In this document: one piece after another, positions 17,472-27,291 of the stretch
How positions within the stretch are numbered: the first letter of the stretch is position 1
Layout: each line of letters begins with the position of its first letter
Assembly: GCA_028868545.1 (NCBI GenBank)
Contig: JAGWUF010000001.1
Coordinates: 26,204-90,203, forward strand
Origin: Lysobacteraceae bacterium
GTDB lineage: Bacteria; Pseudomonadota; Gammaproteobacteria; Xanthomonadales; Xanthomonadaceae
Direction of reading: 5' to 3'
Length of the DNA: 64,000 nucleotides
The notes under the pieces: generated by a model
Databases searched by the model: none
What the model saw: the letters and a program-made list of their open reading frames with translations, nothing else
Told to the model about the DNA's origin: nothing
Program-made: the position numbers and the translations under genes

Positions 17472-18854
17472 ATGCGTCTGCTTTCTCTCGCCTGCGCGCT
17501 GGCACTGTGCGGTGTGGCCACCGTCGCTTGCGCCGCCGCACCTGCCACCAAGGCCGCCGCCAAGGTACCCGGCAGCGAGGCCATCGTCGGCAAGACCCTG
17601 CCCAATGGCCTGCAAATCATCATCTGGCCCGACCACGACATTCCCAACGCCAATTTCTACACCTTCTACAAGGCCGGCAGCCGCAACGAATACCCGGGCA
17701 TCACCGGGCTGGCGCATTTCTTCGAACACATGATGTTCAACGGCACCAGCCGCCGCCAACCCGGCGAGTTCGACCGCATCATGGAAGCCGCCGGCGGCAG
17801 CAACAATGCCAGCACCAGCAACGACCGCACGATCTACACCGACTGGTTCCCCAGCAGCGCCCTGGAAACGATTTTCGATCTGGAAGCCGACCGCATCGCG
17901 CACCTGGCATTCGATGACAAGGTGATCGAAAGCGAGCGCGGCGTGGTGTACAGCGAGCGTCGTTCCAGCGTGGACAACCAGCCGTTCGGTTCGCTGATCG
18001 AACAGATGCAGGCCACCGCCTTCACCGCCCACCCCTACCAGTTTCCCACCATCGGCTATCCGTCCGACATCGAGCACTGGACCAAGGCCGATCTGCAGCA
18101 GTTCTTCAAGACCTATTACGCGCCGAACAACGCCGTGCTGGTGATTGCCGGCGACGTGCAGCCGACGCAGGTGTTCGCGCTGGCCGACAAGTACCTGGCC
18201 CCGATTCCGTGCCAGCCGGCGCCGCGCGAGATCACCACGGTCGAACCCGAACAGCATGGCGAGCGCCGATTGATCCTGGAACGCCCGGATGCGCAAACCC
18301 CGATCGTGGCGTTTGCCTATCACACCGGCACCAATGAGGGCGGCAAGGACAGCCCGGTGCTGGACATGCTCAACACCATCCTGGCGCAAGGCGTGTCCTC
18401 GCGGCTGCATCAGCGGCTGGTGGAAAAGGAGCAGGCCGCCGTGAGCACGGGTGCCTTCGTGGAAAACGGCTACGACCCGGGCCTGTTGTGGGTGTACGCC
18501 ACGCTGGCCCCGCAAGGCGACCCGGCCAAGGCCGAGGCACTGCTGGATGACGAGCTGGCCAGGCTGGCACGCGATGGCGTGAGTGCGGCGGAGATGGACA
18601 AGGCGCGCAACCTCAACCTGTCCGCGTTCTGGCGCGGCATGGCCACCATCAATGGCAAGGCCCAGGCCTTGGGCGACTATCAGACCTTCCACGGCGATTA
18701 CCGCAAGTTGTTCGATGCGCCCGCCGTGCTGGCAGCCGTCAGTGCCGCCGACGTGCAGGCACTGGCACAAAAAATCCTGCGCAAATCCAACCGCACGGTG
18801 GGCTGGGTGCAGCCCACTCCGCAAGATTCGGCCCAGAAGGAGGCCACCCCATGA
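17472..18854 (+). CDS. Exported M16-family zinc peptidase, catalytic subunit
   Basis: Signal peptide; inverted zincin motif GLAHFFEHMMFNG; NAST; E-rich ERGVVYSERR. Confidence 0.9.
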   Translation: MRLLSLACALALCGVATVACAAAPATKAAAKVPGSEAIVGKTLPNGLQIIIWPDHDIPNANFYTFYKAGSRNEYPGITGLAHFFEHMMFNGTSRRQPGEFDRIMEAAGGSNNASTSNDRTIYTDWFPSSALETIFDLEADRIAHLAFDDKVIESERGVVYSERRSSVDNQPFGSLIEQMQATAFTAHPYQFPTIGYPSDIEHWTKADLQQFFKTYYAPNNAVLVIAGDVQPTQVFALADKYLAPIPCQPAPREITTVEPEQHGERRLILERPDAQTPIVAFAYHTGTNEGGKDSPVLDMLNTILAQGVSSRLHQRLVEKEQAAVSTGAFVENGYDPGLLWVYATLAPQGDPAKAEALLDDELARLARDGVSAAEMDKARNLNLSAFWRGMATINGKAQALGDYQTFHGDYRKLFDAPAVLAAVSAADVQALAQKILRKSNRTVGWVQPTPQDSAQKEATP

Positions 18855-20272
18855 GCCGCCCGCTGCGTCTGCTTGCCATCGCCCTGTTCGCCTGCGTCGG
18901 CATGACGGCCCATGCCGCAAGCCCCCTTGCCGGCACCACGCAAGCCACGATCAAACTGCCCGATTACACCCGCAGTACCCTGCCCAACGGCGCCACCGTG
19001 TTGCTGATGCCGCGCCACGACGTGCCGATGATCGCCGCCACCGTGCTGGTGCGTGGCGGCGCGCTGGCCGATGCGCCGGGCAAGGAAGGCACCGCGTCAC
19101 TGTTGTCGGATCTGCTGGAGAAAGGCGCGGGCGAGCGTGATGCGCTTGCGTTCGCACAGACGGTGGACGGCGCCGGCGGTTTTCTGAATGTCGGCTCCTC
19201 GCGTGAAGCGGTGGTGGCCAATGCGCAATTCCTGTCGAAGGATGCCGGCTTGATGCTGGGGCTGCTGGGCGACGCCCTGCTGCGCCCGCGGCTGGAGCAG
19301 GCCGAGTTCGACAAACTGAAAAAACGCGCCATCGACGGCATCGCCAGTGCCAAGGATGGCGACCCGCGCGGCCTGATCGGCGAGTACATGCATGCCTGGC
19401 TGTTCCAGCAGCAGCCGTACGCACGGCCGGACGGCGGCGACGAAACCAGCCTGGCCCGCATCACCCTGGAGGATCTCAAGGCCTTCCGTGCGCAGCAGAT
19501 GGGTGGCGACCGCCTGATCATCGCGATTGCCGGCGACTTCGACCCGGCCACGCTGGGCAAGCAAGTGGCTGCAGTTTTCGGCGGCTGGGGCAAGGCCACC
19601 GGTACGCTGCCGCAGGTGCAGGCCGCGCACTACCAGACCGGCCGCCGCGTGCTGCTGGTGGACAAGCCCGGTGCCACCCAGACCTATTTCACCCTGGCCA
19701 ACATCGGAACCGTCCACAATGACCCCGCCGAGGCCCCCCAGAACCTGGTGCAGACCGTGTTCGGCGGACGTTTCACCTCGATGATCAATACCGCCCTGCG
19801 AATCAAGTCCGGCCTGAGCTACGGGGCCGCCTCGGTACTGGAGCGCCCGCGCAGCCCCGGCGCGGTGTCGATCACCAGCTACACCAAGACCGAGTCCACC
19901 CAGGCCGCCATCGACCTGGCCATTGCCACCCTGGCCCAGCTGCACGCCACCCCGCTGGATGCACAGGCCATTGCCTCGGCCAAGCACTACGTCAGCGGGC
20001 AATTCGCACCTCGGCTGGAAACCGCGCCGCAACTGGCCGCGCAGCTGGCGCAACTGGCCTTGTATGGCGACAGCCGCGACAGCATCGACGGCTATCTGGG
20101 CCGGATCGCCACTGCCGATCCGGTGCAGGTCAATGCCGCGCGCAGCGTGTTTCCCAAACCCGAAGATCTGGTGATCGTGGCGATCGGGGATGCCGACAAG
20201 ATCCGCGGCATCCTGAAAACCTACGGACCGCTGACCGAGATGAAACTGACCGATCCGCGCTACTCGCCCTGA
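18851..20272 (+). CDS. Exported M16-family peptidase-like protein lacking HXXEH (partner subunit)
   Basis: Signal peptide; M16 fold (TLPNGATV, GTASLL..LL.KG, SMINTALRIKSGLSYG); no HXXEH motif; ATGA overlap with the upstream gene. Confidence 0.85.
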   Translation: MSRPLRLLAIALFACVGMTAHAASPLAGTTQATIKLPDYTRSTLPNGATVLLMPRHDVPMIAATVLVRGGALADAPGKEGTASLLSDLLEKGAGERDALAFAQTVDGAGGFLNVGSSREAVVANAQFLSKDAGLMLGLLGDALLRPRLEQAEFDKLKKRAIDGIASAKDGDPRGLIGEYMHAWLFQQQPYARPDGGDETSLARITLEDLKAFRAQQMGGDRLIIAIAGDFDPATLGKQVAAVFGGWGKATGTLPQVQAAHYQTGRRVLLVDKPGATQTYFTLANIGTVHNDPAEAPQNLVQTVFGGRFTSMINTALRIKSGLSYGAASVLERPRSPGAVSITSYTKTESTQAAIDLAIATLAQLHATPLDAQAIASAKHYVSGQFAPRLETAPQLAAQLAQLALYGDSRDSIDGYLGRIATADPVQVNAARSVFPKPEDLVIVAIGDADKIRGILKTYGPLTEMKLTDPRYSP

Positions 20273-20363
20273 TGGCCGTGGGCGACGCGACAGCCTGCCG
20301 ACCGGGGACGCTGCCGCGCTTCACCGGGCGGCACGCCACCCCTGGATTCACGACAGCTGCCCG

Positions 20364-21497
20364 ATGACCACCAACCTCCATCGCAGCCACGGCTGGCGGG
20401 ATGACACGGTCGCGCCCGACTGGCCCGCGCTGACCAGCGCCGACGTGCTTGCGCTGGCGGCGCAGTACCCGGTACTGCAGGCCAACCCCCGCATCGTCTG
20501 GCACAGCCCGCGTCCGTTCTCCTCGGCCGCACGAGTGTGGACGGCGCGTGGTGAACTCTTCATCAAGCGCCACCACTGCACGGTGCGCAGCGTTCAAGAC
20601 TTGCACGAAGAACACGCGTTCATCGCCCACCTGCTGGGGCAGGGTTTGCCGGTGCCCCGGGTGCTGCCTGCGGCCGATGGCGAAACCGCGATTGCGCAAG
20701 GCGGGTGGTCATACGAACTCCATGCCACCGCGGCAGGCGTGGATGTGTATCGCGATGCCGCCTCCTGGACACCGCCGCGCTGCCCCGGACACGCGCGCAG
20801 CGCCGGCCAGCTGCTGGCCCGCCTGCATCGTGCCGCGGCCACGTTCACTGCACCGGACCGCAGCACCGCGCTGCTGGTCAACGCTGCCACGTTGTTGTGC
20901 GCACCGGATCTGTTTGCCGCCATCGAAGCGCAATGCCTGGCCCGGCCGGCACTGGCCGACGCACTGCACGCCATCGATTGGCGCCGGCAACTTGCCTGCC
21001 TGCTGCCGCGGCATCGCCACCTGCAGCCGCTGCTGGCCGCCCAGCAACGTCTGTGGACGCATGGCGACTGGCATGTCTCCAACCTGTTCTGGGAGAGCGA
21101 CCAGGCCGACGCCCGAATCTGCAGCATTCTCGATTTCGGCCTGTGCGCACCCACCTTCGCGCTGTTCGATCTGGCCACCGCCATCGAGCGCAATGCCATC
21201 CTCTGGCTGCAACCGGATCCCGACAGCCCGTCGTTCCTGCCGGACATCGCCCGCAACCTGCTGGCAGGCTACGCCGAACTGTCGCCCCTGCTGCCCGCCC
21301 AGCGCGAGCTGCTTGCTGCACTGTTGCCACTGGTGCATCTGGATTTCGCCCTGTCCGAACTTCAATACTTCCACGCCGTGACCCGCAAACCGGACGATGC
21401 ACGCCTGGCCTGGGAGGGCTACCTGCTGGGCCATGCGCAGTGGTTCGACACGGCGCCGGGGCAGCGCCTGCTGGCTCTCATCCGCGGAACCGGATGA
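20364..21497 (+). CDS. APH/choline-kinase-fold phosphotransferase, candidate thiamine kinase
   Basis: Brenner-type HGDWHVSN catalytic motif and ILDFG metal-binding motif; next to the TPP riboswitch and uptake genes. The substrate is inferred from context. Confidence 0.75.
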   Translation: MTTNLHRSHGWRDDTVAPDWPALTSADVLALAAQYPVLQANPRIVWHSPRPFSSAARVWTARGELFIKRHHCTVRSVQDLHEEHAFIAHLLGQGLPVPRVLPAADGETAIAQGGWSYELHATAAGVDVYRDAASWTPPRCPGHARSAGQLLARLHRAAATFTAPDRSTALLVNAATLLCAPDLFAAIEAQCLARPALADALHAIDWRRQLACLLPRHRHLQPLLAAQQRLWTHGDWHVSNLFWESDQADARICSILDFGLCAPTFALFDLATAIERNAILWLQPDPDSPSFLPDIARNLLAGYAELSPLLPAQRELLAALLPLVHLDFALSELQYFHAVTRKPDDARLAWEGYLLGHAQWFDTAPGQRLLALIRGTG

Positions 21498-21554
21498 CCC
21501 ATGCACACTGCATTGCACTGGCCTCCTGCAACCGGCTGTGGTTCAATGCGCGCC

Positions 21555-21640
21555 ATGAAGCGGGGGTGCCTGGCGTTGCCGGGCTGAGAGAGTCCCTTGG
21601 AACCTGATCCGGTTTGCACCGGCGTAGGGAGCTTGATTCG
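21555..21640 (+). ncRNA. TPP (thi-box) riboswitch
   Basis: GGGGTGC...GCTGAGAG..CCCTTGGAACCTGATCCGGTTTGCACCGGCGTAGGGAG matches the canonical thi-box; AAGC/GCTT P1 stem. Confidence 0.95.
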
Positions 21641-21750
21641 AGCAGTCTGGCCATGCCTGTGCAGGGCCGTGCACATGCCATTGCGCATGTGGATGCCGTG
21701 GCATCGCCTGTTCGCCGTCGCTTCGTCCCCTTTCCCGACGATGGCTGACG

Positions 21751-23916
21751 ATGAAACTCTCCCCTACCCCGCTCCTGCTTGCCCTGTTGCCGTTGCTGGT
21801 GCACGCCAGCCCCGGCGACGACCACACCGAGACGGCTGACAGCAAGATCACCAAGCTGGCCACGGTGGAAGTCACCGCCGACGCAAAAGACGCCGCGCGC
21901 GACGCCGGCAGCAACGCCTGGGGCAAGGCCAGCCTGCATGACACCCCCGCTTCGATCCAGCGGATCGACCGCGACCAGATCGAGGCGCGCCGCATTCGTA
22001 CCTTGTCGGAACTGGCGCGCGAAGACGCCGCGCTGGGTGACAACTACGCCCCGGTGGGCTATTACCAGAACATCGCCATCCGTGGCTATCCACTGGATCT
22101 GGCCACCGGCTACCGCGGCAATGGCCTGCTGATCACCGGCGAGCAAATCCTGGCGCTGGAAGACAAGCAGCAGGTGGAAGTGCTGAAAGGGCTGGCGGGC
22201 CTGAGTGCCGGCGTGATCGAACCCGGCGGCACGGTGAACTTCATCAGCAAGCGTCCGGCCGACGTGCGCACGTTGACCTTCGGCACCGATGCGCGTGGTT
22301 CGCGCTATGCCGCGCTGGATATCGGCAGCTGGCTGACCCCCACGTTCGGGCTGCGCGCCAATCTGGCCTGGGACGCCGCGAATTCCTATGTCGAACACAG
22401 CAAGGGCCGCCGCAACCTCTTCGCGCTGGCGGCCGACTGGAAACTCTCCGATGCCACCACGCTGGAGCTCGATGCCAACCACCAATCCAGCGCGCAACGC
22501 TCGGCCTCCGGCTACATGCTGCTGGGTGGCAGCCAACTGCCGGCCCACCCGGAACCGGAAAAGCTGCTGGGCTACCAGCCCTGGCAGCAACCGGTGCGGA
22601 TCCACGCCTACAACGCCAGTGCGCGGCTGCACCACGCCTTCAGCGATGACTGGCAACTCCAGCTGAGCGCAGGCCGCAGCCACAGCGTGATCGACGACAA
22701 CGTCGCCTTCGCCTACGGCTGCTACTACACCGTCGCATGCGCCAGCGGCAATGTGCCCGGCAATTTCTTCGCCCCCGATGGCGATTACGACGTCTACGAC
22801 TACCGCAGCCCGGACGATACCCGCGTCTCCGATCAGGCCCGTGCGGTACTGACCGGACAATTCGGCGCCGGTGAAGTGCAACACGAACTCAGCCTGGGCG
22901 TCAGCGCCTTCCATCGCGGCATCACCCGGCGACCGTACGTGTACGACTACGTCGGCACCGCGAACATCAACGACCCCACGCCCCCCGTGTTCGCGCCCTC
23001 GCCCAACCAGCCCGGCAACCCGGTGCGTCGCTTCGACAGCTGGCAGCGCACGGCCTTTGCACTGGATCGCGTGCATCTGGGAGCGCAATGGCAAGTACTG
23101 GTGGGCGCCAATGCCGTGCGCATGCACGAGCGCGCCTGGAAGAAATCGGGCAAGTTGATTCGCAGCACCCGGATCGAGAAAACCCTGCCGCAACTGGCCC
23201 TGCTGTGGCAACCAAGTGCTGCACTCACGACGTATTTCAGTGCCAGTGAAGGCATCTCGCTGGGCAAGGAAGCCCCTTTCTGGACCAGCAACGACGGCGA
23301 GTTCCTGGCACCGCGGCTGTCGCGGCAGCTGGAAGCCGGCATCAAATACCGCTGGCACGATGCGCTGGATTTGAGCGCCGCGGTGTTTCGCATCCGCCAG
23401 CCGTTCCAGTTTGCCCAACCCGACACCAGCAACGCCGGTTACACCTTCGTGCAGTCGGGCGATGAAGTGCACAGCGGGCTGGAGCTATCGGCGTCGGGGC
23501 GGGTGCGGGAAAAGCTGGGCGTGAATGCCAGCGTCGCGCTGATCCGCGCCCGCGCCCAGGGCACCGGCACCCCTGCCTTCGAAGGCCACCAGGTGGCCAA
23601 CGTGCCCAGCCTGCGCAGCAGCCTGCAGCTGGATTATCGCCTGTTGCCGCAGCTGGATCTGCAAGCCGGCTGGCGGCATGTGTCGTCCAACCCCGCCACG
23701 CCCACCGGGCAGGTGCGCGCCGCCGCCTACGAGGTGTTCAATGCCGGCCTGCGCTGGCATGGGCAGTGGCGTGGCATGCCGCTGAACACGCAACTGGGTG
23801 TGGACAATCTGTTCAACCATCGCTATTGGCGTGACACCGGCAGCTCCGATGGCGACAGCTATCTGTTCCCCGGCGCGCCGCGCACCGTGTGGCTGACCGT
23901 GCAGGTCTCCCCCTGA
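21751..23916 (+). CDS. TonB-dependent receptor, putative thiamine outer-membrane transporter
   Basis: Signal peptide; TonB-box-like TVEVTA; plug motifs (VEVLKG, PGGTVN); beta-barrel C-terminus GVDNLFN..YW...PRTVWLTVQV; downstream of the TPP riboswitch. Confidence 0.9.
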   Translation: MKLSPTPLLLALLPLLVHASPGDDHTETADSKITKLATVEVTADAKDAARDAGSNAWGKASLHDTPASIQRIDRDQIEARRIRTLSELAREDAALGDNYAPVGYYQNIAIRGYPLDLATGYRGNGLLITGEQILALEDKQQVEVLKGLAGLSAGVIEPGGTVNFISKRPADVRTLTFGTDARGSRYAALDIGSWLTPTFGLRANLAWDAANSYVEHSKGRRNLFALAADWKLSDATTLELDANHQSSAQRSASGYMLLGGSQLPAHPEPEKLLGYQPWQQPVRIHAYNASARLHHAFSDDWQLQLSAGRSHSVIDDNVAFAYGCYYTVACASGNVPGNFFAPDGDYDVYDYRSPDDTRVSDQARAVLTGQFGAGEVQHELSLGVSAFHRGITRRPYVYDYVGTANINDPTPPVFAPSPNQPGNPVRRFDSWQRTAFALDRVHLGAQWQVLVGANAVRMHERAWKKSGKLIRSTRIEKTLPQLALLWQPSAALTTYFSASEGISLGKEAPFWTSNDGEFLAPRLSRQLEAGIKYRWHDALDLSAAVFRIRQPFQFAQPDTSNAGYTFVQSGDEVHSGLELSASGRVREKLGVNASVALIRARAQGTGTPAFEGHQVANVPSLRSSLQLDYRLLPQLDLQAGWRHVSSNPATPTGQVRAAAYEVFNAGLRWHGQWRGMPLNTQLGVDNLFNHRYWRDTGSSDGDSYLFPGAPRTVWLTVQVSP

Positions 23917-24488
23917 TGCCCCTGCACGAGATCATCGCTGCCTGCCTGAGCGCCTGCGCCGTGTGGCTGACCACCCGGCGCAGCCCGTGGTGCTTCCCGG
24001 TGGGGCTGGCGTCGATCTCGGTGTACATCTGGGTTTTCATCGAAGCCCGCCTGTATTCGGACGTGCTGCTGCAGTGCGCCTATGTGGCGATGCTGATTTC
24101 CGGCTGGATCCGCTGGCTGCGTCACCTCGACACCACCGGCCACGTCCGCGTGGCCGCGCTGACACCGCGCCTGGCAGGTTTGCACCTGCTGATCGGGCTG
24201 GCCGGCGGCGCCCTGCTGGGCTACACCATGCACACCTTCACCCGCGCCTCGCTGCCGTGGCTGGATGCCTTCCTGACCGCGTTCAGCCTGGTCGGGCAAT
24301 GGTGGCAGAACCGCCGCCACATCGCCGCCTGGGGCATGTGGATCGCGGTGGATCTGGTGTACATCGGCATGTACCTGCACAAGGATCTGCACGTCACGGC
24401 GTTGCTCTACGCCGGCTTCGTGTTGCTGGCGATGAAGGGCTGGCGCGACTGGCTGCGCGCTGCACGGGCCGAGCTGGCCACCGGTTGA
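23916..24488 (+). CDS. PnuC-family vitamin transporter (PnuT, thiamine, by context)
   Basis: LYSDVLLQ, PWLDAFLTAFSLVGQW and WGMWIAVD motifs; coupled to the TonB receptor by TGATG overlap. Confidence 0.9.
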   Translation: MPLHEIIAACLSACAVWLTTRRSPWCFPVGLASISVYIWVFIEARLYSDVLLQCAYVAMLISGWIRWLRHLDTTGHVRVAALTPRLAGLHLLIGLAGGALLGYTMHTFTRASLPWLDAFLTAFSLVGQWWQNRRHIAAWGMWIAVDLVYIGMYLHKDLHVTALLYAGFVLLAMKGWRDWLRAARAELATG

Positions 24489-24571
24489 CCCGATGCCGTC
24501 AACCGCACTCGCCTGCACTCGCCTGCAGGTGTATGGTCGGCATCCTCGATGGCATCGCAAGGCTTGCACCC

Positions 24572-24757
24572 ATGGACATCCACGATATCGCCCTGAACCT
24601 GTTCGCCCAGCTGGTACACGCCAATGGCAATCAGGCCCCCAGCCAGGACGCACGGATCGAACTGGGGCGCGAAGCCTATCGCTATGCCGAGGCTTACATC
24701 ACCGCCAAGGATCGGTACATCCGCGAACTGCCGGTCAGCAACGACCAGGGCTTCTGA
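24572..24757 (+). CDS. Small hypothetical protein (61 aa)
   Basis: MDIHDIALNLFAQLV...LGREAYRYAEAYITAKDRYIRELP; codon usage matches the host; fills the gap after pnuC. It appears in the ORF track only as the tail of a longer frame. Confidence 0.6.
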   Translation: MDIHDIALNLFAQLVHANGNQAPSQDARIELGREAYRYAEAYITAKDRYIRELPVSNDQGF

Positions 24758-24809
24758 TGCCCGGCATGACCGCGCTCAAGCTTGCCCCACCCCTCATCGG
24801 AGCCCAGGC

Positions 24810-25280
24810 ATGACCCGTCGGATCGCCTGCCTCGCCGCCCTGGCCCTGCTGTTGTCGGCGTGTTCCGGCGGCCCGGTGCGCCGCGTGTCGGAGCCCACCG
24901 CCAGCCTCCAGCAGCTCACCGTGCGTGCCGACGGCCAGTGGGACGTGCAACTGCGTCTGCAGAACTACAGCAGCATGGCCATGCGCTTCGACAAAACCGC
25001 ATTGGAGATCCGTTTCGACAACGGCCCGGCGGCACGGCTGGATCTGCAACCGGCGCTGGACATCGGTCCCGAATCGGCCGACGTGGTCAACGCCACCGTG
25101 GCCCCCCTGCCCGCCGGTCGTGCCCGCATCGCCAGCGCGCTGGCCGATGGCCACGGCCTCTCCTACACCCTGCATGGCAGCATCGTCGCCACCCCGCAGG
25201 ATCGCCAGCAGAAGTCCTGGGACATCCAGCGCGAGAGCGCGCTGTCGCCGGTGCCCGGGCTGCCGGGTGCACTGCGCTGA
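24810..25280 (+). CDS. LEA type-2 (WHy-domain)-like lipoprotein
   Basis: Lipobox LLLSAC; beta-rich pattern QLRLQNYS...RF..LEIRF...LSYTLHG. Confidence 0.7.
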   Translation: MTRRIACLAALALLLSACSGGPVRRVSEPTASLQQLTVRADGQWDVQLRLQNYSSMAMRFDKTALEIRFDNGPAARLDLQPALDIGPESADVVNATVAPLPAGRARIASALADGHGLSYTLHGSIVATPQDRQQKSWDIQRESALSPVPGLPGALR

Positions 25281-25387
25281 GGGCTGCCTGGCGATTCTCC
25301 GAGACTAGAGTTTTCGCTCAACATACGCAGTAGTACGCTGGAATTCCGGCAGGCCGATCACCGGCCTGCACCCGCCCGGACGCGCGC

Positions 25388-27181
25388 ATGAGCACCTACA
25401 AAGCCCCCCTCGACGATCTTCGTTTTGCCCTGTACGACGTCCTCGGTGCCGAGGCGCTGTTCGCCCGGCTCGGCCATGCCGATGCCAACCGCGAGCTGGT
25501 GGACGCGGTGCTGGACGAAGCCGCGCGCTTCAGCGAAACCGTGCTGGCCCCGCTCAACAAGATCGGCGACGAGATCGGCTGCAGCTACGACAAGACCACC
25601 GGCAACGTCACCCCGCCACCCGGCTTCAAGGACGCCTTCGACAAGTTCGTGGAAGGCGGCTGGACCGGCCTGACCAACGCGCCGGAGCACGGCGGCCAGG
25701 GCATGCCCGCGCTGCTGGGCGGCGTGCTCACCGAACTGGTGGACAGCGCCAACCTGGCTTGGGGCAATTTCCCGATGCTCAGCCACGGCGCGGTCAAATC
25801 GCTGGAAACCTACGGCGAGGACTGGCAGAAGACGGTGTTCCTGGAGCCGCTGGTGGCCGGCAAGTGGACCGGCACCATGTGCCTGACCGAGCCGCACTGC
25901 GGCACCGACCTCGGCCTGCTCAAGACCCGCGCCGAACCCATCGCCGACGACAAATACGCGATCACCGGCACCAAGATCTTCATCACCGCCGGCGAGCACG
26001 ACCTCGTCCCCAACATCCTCCACCTGGTGCTGGCCAAGCTGCCGGACGCGCCGGCGGGCGCCAAGGGCATCTCGCTGTTCGTGGTGCCGAAGTTCAAGGT
26101 CGCCCGCGACGGCAGCGTCGGCGAACGCAACGCGGTGCGTTGCGGCGCGATCGAACACAAGATGGGCATCCACGGTTCCGCCACCTGCGTGATGAACTTC
26201 GACGGCGCCGAGGGCTACCTGCTGGGCCAGCCGCACAAGGGCCTGCAGGCGATGTTCGTGATGATGAACTCGGCGCGGCTGGGCGTGGGCGTGCAGGGGC
26301 TGGCTCTGTCCGAGCGCGCTTACCAGAACGCGCTGCGCTACGCCCGCGAGCGGCTGCAGTCGCGCGCGCTGTCGGGCCCGAAATATCCCGACAAGCCGGC
26401 CGATCCGATCCTCGTCCAACCCGACGTGCGCCGCATGCTGCTGAACCAGAAGGCGCTGATCGAAGGCGGCCGGCTGCTGTCGCTGCACGCCTATTCACTG
26501 CTGGACGTGGCGGAAAAGGCGACCGACGCAGCCGAGCGCGAGCGCGCCGACACCCTGGTCAGCTTCCTCACCCCGATCTCCAAGGCCTGCCTGACCGAAT
26601 GGAGCATCGAGAACACCTACAACGCGCTGCAGTGCTTCGGCGGCCACGGCTACATCGCCGAGCACGGCATGGAGCAATACGCGCGCGACGCGCGCATCAC
26701 CACGCTGTACGAGGGCACCACCGGCATCCAGTCGCTGGACCTGATCGGCCGCAAGACCGCATCGACGCAGGGTGCGGGACTGAAGCTGTTCATCGCCGAG
26801 GTGGAAGCGTTCGCCAGGCAGCACGAGGGCGACGCCGCGTTGGCCGAGTTCATCGCGCCGCTGCGCGCCAAGTGCGGCGAATGGGGCAAGCTCACCATCG
26901 AAACGCTGACCCGCGCCGCCGGCAACCCGGAGGAGCTGGGCGCGGCCAGCACCGACTACCTGTTCTATTCGGGCTACGTGGTGCTGGCCTACTGGTGGGC
27001 GCGCAGCGTCGCCGCCGCCAATACCTCCGAGCGCCCGCAGGCGTTCAAGGACGCCAAGCGCGACACCGCCCGCTACTACTTCGCCCGCATCCTGCCGCGC
27101 ACGCTGGCGCACAAGGCAGCGATCGAAGCCGGCGCCGAACCGCTGATGGCGATGCCGGACGCAGGCTTCGGAACCTCCTGA
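25388..27181 (+). CDS. Acyl-CoA dehydrogenase
   Basis: WTGTMCLTEPHCGTDLG, ITGTKIFIT.GEHD, EHKMGIHGSATC and LYEGTTGIQSLDL motifs. Confidence 0.95.
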   Translation: MSTYKAPLDDLRFALYDVLGAEALFARLGHADANRELVDAVLDEAARFSETVLAPLNKIGDEIGCSYDKTTGNVTPPPGFKDAFDKFVEGGWTGLTNAPEHGGQGMPALLGGVLTELVDSANLAWGNFPMLSHGAVKSLETYGEDWQKTVFLEPLVAGKWTGTMCLTEPHCGTDLGLLKTRAEPIADDKYAITGTKIFITAGEHDLVPNILHLVLAKLPDAPAGAKGISLFVVPKFKVARDGSVGERNAVRCGAIEHKMGIHGSATCVMNFDGAEGYLLGQPHKGLQAMFVMMNSARLGVGVQGLALSERAYQNALRYARERLQSRALSGPKYPDKPADPILVQPDVRRMLLNQKALIEGGRLLSLHAYSLLDVAEKATDAAERERADTLVSFLTPISKACLTEWSIENTYNALQCFGGHGYIAEHGMEQYARDARITTLYEGTTGIQSLDLIGRKTASTQGAGLKLFIAEVEAFARQHEGDAALAEFIAPLRAKCGEWGKLTIETLTRAAGNPEELGAASTDYLFYSGYVVLAYWWARSVAAANTSERPQAFKDAKRDTARYYFARILPRTLAHKAAIEAGAEPLMAMPDAGFGTS

Positions 27182-27191
27182 CCTGTCGCGA

Positions 27192-27243
27192 TTCCTTCTC
27201 CCCGCCGTGCGGGGAGAAGGTGCCCGCAGGGCGGATGAGGGGC
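27192..27243 (+). repeat. 52-bp palindromic dispersed repeat, intergenic copy
   Basis: TTCCTTCTCCCCGC-CGT-GCGGGGAGAAGG-TGCCC-GCA-GGGC-GGATGAGGGGC; nearly identical to 53406-53456. Confidence 0.9.
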
Positions 27244-27291
27244 ACCGTCGATACACAAACCGTCATCGAAGGCGTATAAGCTGGTTTCCCG

